In this document: positions 9,878 through 17,821 of the stretch, one piece after another
Layout of the letters: each line of letters opens with the position of its first letter
Numbering within the stretch: position 1 is the stretch's first letter
Assembly (NCBI GenBank): GCA_964476305.1
Contig: CAYZAI010000002.1
Location: 1-38,586 of the forward strand
DNA: 38,586 nt
Direction of reading: 5' to 3'
From: an uncultured Myxococcales bacterium
GTDB taxonomy: Bacteria; Myxococcota_A; Polyangia; JAAYKL01
Program-made: the position numbers and the translations under genes
Notes under the pieces: generated by a model
The model's database searches: none
Told to the model about the DNA's origin: nothing
What the model saw: only the letters and a program-made list of their open reading frames with translations

Positions 9878-11992
9878 TCAGCCCTTCTTGAAAATATCGA
9901 AGAGCCCGGACGGCTCGTCGGAGCGTTGTCGCATCCTCATGATGCGCAACTGGCGGGCCGCATCGATGTGCCTCGGGTCGATCTCCAGGGTCTTCTCGTA
10001 GAACACCTCGGCGCGTTTCGTGTCCTTCTCGCGCTGGAAGTAGTTGGCCAGCAGGTAGGTGAAGATCGGCTCGTTCTCGTGCTCCTTGTGCAGCCCCCGC
10101 AACTCCTGTTCGAAGGAGACCCGCTCGGCGCCGGGGTTGGCCAGGTATGCTGCCCATGCCCGATAGGCGAGGAATCGCAAGTCGGGCTTCAGATCGTGGG
10201 CACGGCAGAAATGCGCGGCCGCCCCGCGGAAGTCACCTTCCCTGAGCAGGGCCTGCCCTTCCTGGGCCAGCCGCTCGGCTTCGGGGCCGGGTTCGCTGTC
10301 GCCTCGATTGTCGTCGCCGCGAGGCGGGTGGTAGGACGGGACGCTCGTCCCGGGCTCACCCTCGAGCTTGGCGAGATAGCGGCGCCGGGCCTCGGGATCG
10401 GCCAGGGTCTGATAGGCCGCGTGCACCCGCAGGTACAGCTCCTCCAGCTTCTCGTGGACCAGCCCCGCGTCGATGCCCACCAGCGTGTCGGGGTGGTAGC
10501 GCTGCTGCCGGACCTGGAAGGCCGCGGCGATCTCAGAATGGGAAGCCTCCTGCGACACGCCGAGCAGCGTGAAGTAGTCCGCCGTGCGCAGTTTCAGGTA
10601 CTCGGCCATCAGGTGCATCGCGGGCTCCTCCATCCGCGGCGGCGCCGGCGGCTCCGAGGTGAGCTCTCCGGCGATGAGCCCGGCGATGTCGGTCGTCTGC
10701 TCGACATCACTCTGCCTGGCGGTCGAGTCGTCTGCGAAGCCGATGACCTCCATCACGGACAGGGCGAAGATCGTCGGCGGCACCAACTCCGGTTGTGGCA
10801 CGGCCGCGACGATCTCGGCAGGAGCAAGGCCCTTGCGCACGAGCTGCAGGATGCGGATTTCACTGGTCGTGAGAGCGAGTTGCCGATCGTCATAGGGCGA
10901 TTCCCCCAGGACGGCGCAGCGCATTCTCGTACCGAGGTCGACATGCCGCCCAACCTGCGCGGCGGACCAGTGGTGCTGGCAGCCCGAGAGAATGATGCGC
11001 CCCGGCGGCATCCGGGCGATGATCACGTCGTCCTTCCAGCTGTCCCCGTCGATCACCTGGTAGCGGCCGCTGTACCAGCCGAAGGCGCCGATGACCTTGT
11101 CCATCAGGTGGTTTTCGAGCTCACGGAAGAGATCGTGGGGTCCGAGCAGGCCGAGCTTGAGCAGCACCTCGCCGAAGCGCCGACCGGTGTGCGTCATCTC
11201 GGTGATGGCCCGGGCGTTCTGCTCCTGGCCGATGATCCCCCGGCGCACGAGGTGGGCGCCGAGGGTCTCCTCGGGAATCGACGACTCCGCGTAGACCGGG
11301 ATGCCCCCGACGAAGAAGATCGACCGGTCCAGCCCATCGGCCGCGAGGTTCAGCCGGCAAGTGCGCTGCTCGGAAAAGACGGCGTGGAGCAGGTGCGGGA
11401 GCGGCACGTCCTCGATGGCGCCGCGAGCCGGCAGCTGGCCTCGAGGTCCACCCATGGAGAGGGAGGGGGCGGCGGTGTCCGGGGAATCGGGAACGCGGGC
11501 AACTGCGGAAGCAGCGGTTCGTGGGGCCCCCCCCGGCGGCGCGGGTCCGGTCCGGCCGGTTGCCTGACGCATCACCGGTCGCCGGGGCTGAATACCGGAC
11601 GCGTGCCGGCCGGCATCCTCGACGATGGACCTTACCTGCTCGAGCAACGCGCGCAGCTGGAAGGGCTTCTGTATGAACCCCGAGACCTGGAGCTGCGACG
11701 TCTCCGCCTGGAGATCCCTTGTCTGCAGCACGGCGCTCATCATCACGACCGGGATCCGCTGCCCTTCGGGGCTGGCTCGCAGGCGCTTGAGAAACTCGAT
11801 GCCGTCGAGCTTCGGCAGCAGGACGTCGAGCAGGATCAGATCGGGTTTTTCGGCGGCCCGCTCGAGGCCGGACAAGCCGTCAGCGGCTTGCAGGATCTCG
11901 ATCCCGTGGGAGCCGAGATATGTCGTGACGACCCGCCTGAGATCATCGTTGTCCTCGACGACGAGCACCCTGGGCTGCTGGCTGGCTTGCAT
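9878..11992 (-). CDS. response-regulator receiver + PATAN/DUF4388 + DnaJ (J) domain + TPR protein
   Basis: Receiver: VLVVEDN, DLILLDVLLP, VMMSAV and FIQKPF. DUF4388-like: LPHLLHAVFSEQRTCRLNL...FFVGGIPVYAES. J domain: DYFTLLGVSQEASHSEIAAAFQVRQQRYHPD, with HPD present. The C-terminus has TPR-like helices. ATG 11992 is preferred over the TTG at 12040. Confidence 0.8.
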   Translation of the reverse strand: MQASQQPRVLVVEDNDDLRRVVTTYLGSHGIEILQAADGLSGLERAAEKPDLILLDVLLPKLDGIEFLKRLRASPEGQRIPVVMMSAVLQTRDLQAETSQLQVSGFIQKPFQLRALLEQVRSIVEDAGRHASGIQPRRPVMRQATGRTGPAPPGGAPRTAASAVARVPDSPDTAAPSLSMGGPRGQLPARGAIEDVPLPHLLHAVFSEQRTCRLNLAADGLDRSIFFVGGIPVYAESSIPEETLGAHLVRRGIIGQEQNARAITEMTHTGRRFGEVLLKLGLLGPHDLFRELENHLMDKVIGAFGWYSGRYQVIDGDSWKDDVIIARMPPGRIILSGCQHHWSAAQVGRHVDLGTRMRCAVLGESPYDDRQLALTTSEIRILQLVRKGLAPAEIVAAVPQPELVPPTIFALSVMEVIGFADDSTARQSDVEQTTDIAGLIAGELTSEPPAPPRMEEPAMHLMAEYLKLRTADYFTLLGVSQEASHSEIAAAFQVRQQRYHPDTLVGIDAGLVHEKLEELYLRVHAAYQTLADPEARRRYLAKLEGEPGTSVPSYHPPRGDDNRGDSEPGPEAERLAQEGQALLREGDFRGAAAHFCRAHDLKPDLRFLAYRAWAAYLANPGAERVSFEQELRGLHKEHENEPIFTYLLANYFQREKDTKRAEVFYEKTLEIDPRHIDAARQLRIMRMRQRSDEPSGLFDIFKKG

Positions 11993-12039
11993 CTGAGCGC
12001 ACCAGTCAACTACTATCGCGCGAGGAGGTGAAGGGATCA

Positions 12040-12681
12040 ATGGATATCAAAAAGACGATTATTGTCACGATGGTTGCAGGACTTCTCCTCGGCTGCGGGC
12101 CGACCTGCCCGGAAGTCAAGGCCGGGCTCGACGCCACCGCCGCGGTGACCGGAGACGTCACCCGGGTCAACGAACTTGTCGCTCGGCGCAAAGCCGTGAT
12201 GGCCGAGGCGGAGCAGGGGGGGGTGGGGACCTTCGAGATGCAGCGTCTCAAGTTCTCGGTGACGGCCTATGAAATGGCCATCGCGACCGAGGCCCGGGTC
12301 ATCAAGGCTTCGCCGCGGTTCGAGGGCGCGGCCTCCTACGACGAGGCCGCCCCGCGGATCAACGAGTTCCGGTGCTACGTCGACAAGGTACTCGCCCGAG
12401 ACGGAAACCTCGTCTCAGACGGGGTCGGAGAGTCCCTGCGGGCCTACAAGGCCGAGATCGACGGTCTGCTGGATCGCGACGGCGCGCTGAGTTCGGCCGA
12501 GATCAGGGCCTACTTCGAGGAGGGCATCGCGGCGCCCCCGCCTCTGGAGAAGGAGGCGGAAGTCTCCGAAGGCGAGGGGGCGGATGTCGACGGGGCGGCC
12601 GGGGAGGACGAGGAGACCGGGGACGACGAGAGCGAGGAGAACGGCGGCTACTACCGGGATCCGGATGACGAGGAAACCTGA
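12040..12681 (+). CDS. lipoprotein with a helical body and a polyacidic C-terminal tail
   Basis: GAGGAGG SD lies 11 nt before ATG 12040. Lipobox LLLGC-G. The C-terminus is EGEGADVDGAAGEDEETGDDESEENGGYYRDPDDEET. GTG 12028 is an alternative start. Confidence 0.7.
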   Translation: MDIKKTIIVTMVAGLLLGCGPTCPEVKAGLDATAAVTGDVTRVNELVARRKAVMAEAEQGGVGTFEMQRLKFSVTAYEMAIATEARVIKASPRFEGAASYDEAAPRINEFRCYVDKVLARDGNLVSDGVGESLRAYKAEIDGLLDRDGALSSAEIRAYFEEGIAAPPPLEKEAEVSEGEGADVDGAAGEDEETGDDESEENGGYYRDPDDEET

Positions 12682-12692
12682 GGAGGGTCGGG

Positions 12693-13664
12693 TCAGTCGG
12701 TGATCTTGGGATCGAACGGGAAGTGGAAGATGAAGCCGAGGGCGATGCTCTGGTTGGCTGTCCAGCTCATGTCCTGGTCATCGATGTTGCCATCCGGGTA
12801 GTCGCCTTCCTTGCCCTTCGACGTGGCCTGCCACTCGAGGGCTCCGGTGTCGCCCTCGCCGAGCTCCCACTGGGTGCCGGCTTGGCCGGCCTCGTCGGTG
12901 CCGCCGGCGTTCCACTTGAAGGGGGCGACGCGGTATTCGATGTTCACGCCGAACCACTCGTTGAAGTAGGCCATGAAGCCCACGCCGGCAGTGAACGTGC
13001 CGCCGATGCGGGTGCCCCGCTTCGGCGCCCACGAGTCGGGGTCGTCCCAGTTGCCGCACGGCTCGTCCGCGCCCTCGGCGGTGGAGCACATCTCCCGCTG
13101 CTCGAAGTGGACGATGCCGCCGCCGAGGAAGATGTAGCCGTCGATGGCCACGAAGAGCTTCTCGAAAAGCGCCAGCTTGCCGCGCAGCGGGATCAGCGAG
13201 ATCTGGGCGAGGTACATCCCCTTGAGCAGCGATACCTGGTCCTCGAAATTCTGGGCGCCCGTGTAGCTCGGCCAGTTCGACTCGGAGGGAGTGGTCGAGT
13301 TGCCGCCGATGTCCTGGGATTCGGAGATGTGCTTGGTCAGCGTCGTCGGGGCGTTGACGCCGTAGTAGCCGACGATGCCAACGCCGAGCCAGTCGAAGAT
13401 GTTGAACTCGAGGCGGGCGCCGAGGAGGAAGTTGTGCATGTAGTCGTTGAGGAGCGTGTACCCGAACTGCGGCCCGACGGAGAACCGCATCTCCCGGTAC
13501 TGGACGAGCTTGCGCACGGCTGGCGCGCCGGCCAGCGGCCCTTCGAGAAGGATTTCCTGCGCCGAGGCGGTCCTGGTTCCACAGAAAGCCACCGCGGCGA
13601 TGATGAGCGCCAGCGTGAAACGCTTCATGGTTTCGAGCCCCTTTCGTGTGTCGCGCTTGGACAT
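12693..13664 (-). CDS. outer-membrane beta-barrel domain protein (Myxococcota-type OMP family)
   Basis: Signal peptide MKRFTLALIIAAVAFCGTRTASAQE. Alternating-polarity strands; the C-terminus is IALGFIFHFPFDPKITD. It is a paralogue of the next gene (shared LRGKLALFEK/IYGKFAMFKN and GGGIVHF/GGGGFIF segments). The start is ATG 13664 (GAGG 8 nt upstream) or ATG 13628. Confidence 0.75.
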   Translation of the reverse strand: MSKRDTRKGLETMKRFTLALIIAAVAFCGTRTASAQEILLEGPLAGAPAVRKLVQYREMRFSVGPQFGYTLLNDYMHNFLLGARLEFNIFDWLGVGIVGYYGVNAPTTLTKHISESQDIGGNSTTPSESNWPSYTGAQNFEDQVSLLKGMYLAQISLIPLRGKLALFEKLFVAIDGYIFLGGGIVHFEQREMCSTAEGADEPCGNWDDPDSWAPKRGTRIGGTFTAGVGFMAYFNEWFGVNIEYRVAPFKWNAGGTDEAGQAGTQWELGEGDTGALEWQATSKGKEGDYPDGNIDDQDMSWTANQSIALGFIFHFPFDPKITD

Positions 13665-13680
13665 CGTCTTCCCCTCTCGC

Positions 13681-14634
13681 CTACTTCGGCAACTTGTACT
13701 CGAACACCAGGGGCACGAACACGCTGACGCCGATGTGGAGCATCACGTTGTTCGTGAGCTTGAAGTCGTCGTCCAGCCAGTTGTCCTTGTTCGAACGGTC
13801 TTCCGGGTCGGAGAAAGTCTCGAGGCTCTCGAGTTCCTCGGGGAAGATGTAGTCCCGAAGCTCGACGTAGATCGCGAGGAATCGGGTCAGGAAGAGCCGG
13901 CCGCCGATGCCGACGTTGAAGCAGAACTTCATCTCGTAGTCGAACTCTCGATAATCGGGGTCGATCACGGGGATCGGCCGCGTGAAGATGAAACCGCCGC
14001 CGCCGAGGACCCACACGTCCCAATGGAGGATCCAGTTCTTGAACATCGCGAACTTGCCGTAGATCGGGACGTAGGTGAAGTTCAGCTGGGCGCCGAGCAT
14101 GTACTCGTTGATCGGTACCGTCTGGTGCGTGGCCCGGCTGACCGAGTAGTTGAGGTCAGTGGTGGCATCGAGCCAGCGGTACCAGTTGAAGCTGATGCCG
14201 GCCGCGAGAACCTCGGTGATGTAGTACGCTCCGGCCAGGCTGACTGCCTGGTGCTGCACGTAGGGGTCGTTCATCGAAAAGCCGAACGAGGGCTGGATGT
14301 CGACGCGGCCCGCGCGCAGGGCGTAGACCTGCTGCACGGCCCAGATCGGGTGGCGCTCCTCGCCGGTGCCCGCCTCCTGGGGTGGGGCCTCCGCCGCGGG
14401 CTCGCCCAAGGCCGCCGCCACATCGGCATCCCCGACATCCCCGGTTTCCTCGGCGAACAGGTCGTCGCCGGACTCGGCGCCCGCGTCTGGCTCCTCCTCG
14501 ACCGGTGCGGCCTCCTCGACCTCATCCTCGGAAAAGGACATGCTGCCGTCGTCCTCTTCCTGGGCCAACGCCGCGGACGGCAGGACAATCAGGCCCGCCA
14601 ACAACACCGCCAGCTCGACTCGTGCTTTTTTCAT
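13681..14634 (-). CDS. outer-membrane beta-barrel domain protein with an acidic N-terminal extension (paralogue of 12693-13664)
   Basis: GAGGGG SD precedes ATG 14634. Signal peptide LAVLLAGLIVLPSAALAQE. About 70 aa of D/E-rich sequence come next, then barrel-like strands ending in VFVPLVFEYKLPK. Confidence 0.75.
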   Translation of the reverse strand: MKKARVELAVLLAGLIVLPSAALAQEEDDGSMSFSEDEVEEAAPVEEEPDAGAESGDDLFAEETGDVGDADVAAALGEPAAEAPPQEAGTGEERHPIWAVQQVYALRAGRVDIQPSFGFSMNDPYVQHQAVSLAGAYYITEVLAAGISFNWYRWLDATTDLNYSVSRATHQTVPINEYMLGAQLNFTYVPIYGKFAMFKNWILHWDVWVLGGGGFIFTRPIPVIDPDYREFDYEMKFCFNVGIGGRLFLTRFLAIYVELRDYIFPEELESLETFSDPEDRSNKDNWLDDDFKLTNNVMLHIGVSVFVPLVFEYKLPK

Positions 14635-14732
14635 CGCTAGTACCCCTCGCGATCGCTTCGTGGCGCTCCCTGTTGTTGCACGTAACTACCTAAAATAATT
14701 AAACTTTTCGGCATGACCGCTATTGGTGGAAC

Positions 14733-14762
14733 ACTATAACACGAAGCCTGTTTCGTTATCAA
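14733..14762 (-). promoter_or_regulatory. near-consensus sigma70-like promoter TTGATA-N18-TATAGT (minus strand) in an AT-rich island upstream of the OMP gene pair
   Basis: Read on the reverse complement of 14733-14762. It lies between the ftsY stop (14780) and the OMP start (14634). Confidence 0.35.
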
Positions 14763-14779
14763 TAAATATTGTTCAAGGC

Positions 14780-16036
14780 CTAGTCGCGATAGAACAGCGC
14801 CTCCACGAAGTCCTTGACCTCGAAATCGCGAAGGTCGTCCTTTGCCTCGCCGATGCCGATGAAGCGCACCGGGATGCCGTGTTCGTGGCAGATGCCGATC
14901 AGTACGCCGCCCTTGGCCGTGCCGTCGAGCTTGGTGATGGTGATACCGTCGATGCCGAGGGCCGAACCGAACTCGGCGACCTGCTGCAGGGCGTTCTGGC
15001 CCGTGGTGGCGTCGAGCACCAGCAGCACCTGGTTCGGCGCGCCCTCGCGGGCTTTTCCCATCACTCGATGCACCTTCTTCAGCTCCTCCATCAGAGGCGC
15101 CTGCGTGTGCAGCCGGCCCGCGGTGTCGGCGATGACCACGTCAGCGCCGGTCTCCTCGGCCTTCTTGATGGCGTCGAAAACGACCGAGGACGGATCGGCG
15201 CCCTCCTTGGCGGGCTTGACGACCTCGCAGCCGGCTCGCCGGCCCCAGATCTCGAGTTGGTTGACCGCCGCCGCCCGGAAGGTGTCCGCCGCGGCGAGGA
15301 CGACCTTGAGCCCCTGCTCTCCGAACTGGGAGGCGAGCTTGCCGATGGTCGTCGTCTTGCCGACTCCGTTCACGCCCACGACCATGATGCAGTACGGCTT
15401 GGCCGATTTCGGGTCCCAGGGTTTGCCCTCCACTGCCAGGGCGATACCGATCTCCTGTTCGAGGAGCTTCCACACGGCATCGGGGTCCGCGAGCTCGTTC
15501 TTGTCCAAGGCGGCACGCAGGAGGCCGACCAGCCATTCGGTGGTCTTGGCGCCGACATCCGCCGTGATCAAGGCCTCTTCGATCTGATCGAGAAGCGCCG
15601 GATCGATATCCTTCTTTTCCTTGAACAGGGTGCTGATCTTCGCGATGAATCCCCCGCGAGTCGGAGCGAGGCCCTGACGCAGCTTCTGCAGCTTGCGCTC
15701 GCGCTTGGCCGCCAGGAGCCTCTCCTGGGCTTCGATCTCGGCCGTGTCGCGGCGCATTTCCGGGGGAGGGGGGGGAGGTTCCGGTTCCGGCTCGGGCTTT
15801 GCTTCGGCGGCGGGTGTTTCTGCGGCAGCGCCCGCCGGCCCGGTCGAATCCGGCTCCCCCGCGGCAGCTGTCGTGGCGGATTCCTCGGACGGTGCGGGGG
15901 CGCCCTGTGGAGGCCCAGCCCGTTCCTCGCCCGGGGCCGGGAGACCCTCCGGTCCCTTCTTGCGACGCGCAACGGCGATGATGATGACAATCACGACCAC
16001 GGCGGCGACGATGCCGACGATGACTGGTGTGCTCAT
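14780..16036 (-). CDS. ftsY: signal recognition particle receptor FtsY
   Basis: NG-domain GTPase motifs VGVNGVGKTTTIGKLA, DTAGR and TKLDGTAKGG. N-terminal TM segment IVGIVAAVVVIVIIIAV, then a Pro/Ala/Glu-rich linker. GGAGG lies upstream of ATG 16036. Confidence 0.95.
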   Translation of the reverse strand: MSTPVIVGIVAAVVVIVIIIAVARRKKGPEGLPAPGEERAGPPQGAPAPSEESATTAAAGEPDSTGPAGAAAETPAAEAKPEPEPEPPPPPPEMRRDTAEIEAQERLLAAKRERKLQKLRQGLAPTRGGFIAKISTLFKEKKDIDPALLDQIEEALITADVGAKTTEWLVGLLRAALDKNELADPDAVWKLLEQEIGIALAVEGKPWDPKSAKPYCIMVVGVNGVGKTTTIGKLASQFGEQGLKVVLAAADTFRAAAVNQLEIWGRRAGCEVVKPAKEGADPSSVVFDAIKKAEETGADVVIADTAGRLHTQAPLMEELKKVHRVMGKAREGAPNQVLLVLDATTGQNALQQVAEFGSALGIDGITITKLDGTAKGGVLIGICHEHGIPVRFIGIGEAKDDLRDFEVKDFVEALFYRD

Positions 16037-16189
16037 TTCCGGGCCTCCAGGTACCAAGGCGTGGAAGACATTATTCTTTTCGGTTTCATCCACACGCGGA
16101 TGTGGCGCCATTACGCCCGCTCTCGAACCAAAAGTCAACCCCATCCGGCCCGGTGGGAAGGCCGCGCGGACGGGAAGCGCCCGGAAGCG

Positions 16190-16218
16190 TGGACTTCATC
16201 GGTCGCAGCCGCTAGAAT
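16190..16218 (+). promoter_or_regulatory. sigma70-like promoter TGGACT-N17-TAGAAT upstream of the HEAT-repeat gene
   Basis: Hexamers read directly. About 75 nt upstream of ATG 16294. Confidence 0.3.
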
Positions 16219-16293
16219 GCCTTTTTGCAGCGTGCCCTTGATGATTCGGGTGGCGTGTTCGTCGAAGACAGGACGGCTGGAGCAATCGGAATC

Positions 16294-17145
16294 ATGATGG
16301 ACCCCTCCACGATGCGCAACGGAACGGTGACGGCCGTCGTGATCGCCGCCATCCTCGCGGTCTGCGGAGCCGCTGGCGCGGATGCCCGGACCGAGCAACT
16401 TGTGGATATGCTGGAAAACGGAGGAAACTACCGCGTCCGGGTCCAGGCCGCCACCACACTCGGAAAAATCCGTGCACAGGAAGGGGTCCCCGCCCTGGTC
16501 CGGGCCCTCGGGGACGAGAACGAACTCGTCGTGATCTCCGCCGCGGCGGCGTTGCAGCAGATCGGCAACCCCGGGGTGATCGCCGAGCTCGAGGCGGCCT
16601 CGGCCCGTTCGTCGTCCGGGGCCGTGCGATCGCAGATCGCGGCCGCGGCCAGGACCCTGCGGGCGCTGACGCCGGAAGGCGACACGACGCTCGCACAGTC
16701 GGAGCCCCCGAGCCTGCTGATCCGCGTCGACGCCATGGGCAACTCCTCCGGAGTGGCTCGCGACGACCTCCCGACCATGATGCAGGAGGCCGTGGTCGCC
16801 CGCCTGCACCGTGAGCCCGGCGTCGTCCTCCAGGATCCCGGCATGAAGCCGGCGGCGGTGAGGAAGAAGCTCGCCGCCGACAAGCTCAAGGGGTTCATCC
16901 TCTCGGGCTCGATCATCCGCCTGGAGCGGGTCGGTGACAAGCTGGTCGTGAGAATCAGCCTCAACGTTTTCACGAATCCGGATTACAATCTGCTGCTGAT
17001 GCCCTCCGCCGAGGGGGCGATTCCGCTGCCCGGCGGTGACCTGACCCGCGAGGCGGAGATCGCGGCCCAGGACAGGGCAGTGAAGACCGTGGCCGAGGCG
17101 CTGCTGGAGAGTGTCGTGAGGAAGCTGCGCGGCCCGGACGTCTGA
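16294..17145 (+). CDS. exported HEAT-repeat (PBS-lyase type) protein with an uncharacterised C-terminal domain
   Basis: Signal peptide VTAVVIAAILAVCGAAGADA. HEAT repeats: RVRVQAATTLGKIRAQEGVPALVRALGDENELVVISAAAALQQIGNPG. Confidence 0.7.
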   Translation: MMDPSTMRNGTVTAVVIAAILAVCGAAGADARTEQLVDMLENGGNYRVRVQAATTLGKIRAQEGVPALVRALGDENELVVISAAAALQQIGNPGVIAELEAASARSSSGAVRSQIAAAARTLRALTPEGDTTLAQSEPPSLLIRVDAMGNSSGVARDDLPTMMQEAVVARLHREPGVVLQDPGMKPAAVRKKLAADKLKGFILSGSIIRLERVGDKLVVRISLNVFTNPDYNLLLMPSAEGAIPLPGGDLTREAEIAAQDRAVKTVAEALLESVVRKLRGPDV

Positions 17146-17198
17146 GAACCGAAGCGTCGGCTCGCGCGGCGACCCGGGCAGAGACCGGAGGCCCTGAC

Positions 17199-17816
17199 AT
17201 GAACGACATCGAGCACGGCGCCCCCGCGGCGCCGGCCAAGCGGCGGGTGAAGAACTACCTCATCGACAAGGGGTTCCAGCTGAGCTGGGTGTTCCGCGTC
17301 GTGGTGGCGACCACGATCATCGTCTCGGTGATGGGCTGGTTCCTGTACGGCACGGTGGCCGACGCCACGGACCAGTTGCTCGGCGACAAGCTGGCGGACG
17401 TCGATCTCACCGAGGCGGCGGTCCAGGCCTTCATCGATCAGGCCGGCCGGGACAAGGTCGCGACCCTGGTGATGCTCGTCGGCGGGCTGTTCCTGCTGGT
17501 GGTGCTGCTCAGCCTCGTCACCATCGTCGTGACCCACAAGACCGCCGGCCCGGTCTACAAGATGAAGAAGCTGCTCGCCGCGATCGACGGGGACCACCTC
17601 CAGCTCTGGGGCCGGTTGCGCAAGGGCGACGAGCTGCAGGACGCCTTCCGTGAGATCGACGAGATGTTGCGTCGCCTGAGGGAGTCCAGGCAGGCCGACA
17701 TCGAGGAGGTCGAGGCCGCGCTCGCCGGGATCGTCGCGGCGGGAGGAGCCCGGGAAGCGGAAGAGCGGCTGAAAGGGCTGGCCGAGCGTTTCCGCGCCAG
17801 CGTACGGATGGACTGA
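17199..17816 (+). CDS. two-TM membrane protein with a HAMP-like segment and no output domain
   Basis: GGAGG SD. TM1 is VFRVVVATTIIVSVMGWFLYG and TM2 is LVMLVGGLFLLVVLLSLVTIVV. THKTAGPVYKMKKLL...RLRKGDELQDAFREIDEMLRRL follows and is HAMP-like. Confidence 0.65.
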   Translation: MNDIEHGAPAAPAKRRVKNYLIDKGFQLSWVFRVVVATTIIVSVMGWFLYGTVADATDQLLGDKLADVDLTEAAVQAFIDQAGRDKVATLVMLVGGLFLLVVLLSLVTIVVTHKTAGPVYKMKKLLAAIDGDHLQLWGRLRKGDELQDAFREIDEMLRRLRESRQADIEEVEAALAGIVAAGGAREAEERLKGLAERFRASVRMD

Positions 17817-17821
17817 CAGCC

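Noticed and set aside
9821-12031. 736-aa plus-strand ORF
   Set aside because: Antisense to the receiver-PATAN-DnaJ-TPR gene, whose frame carries clear domain motifs. This frame carries none.
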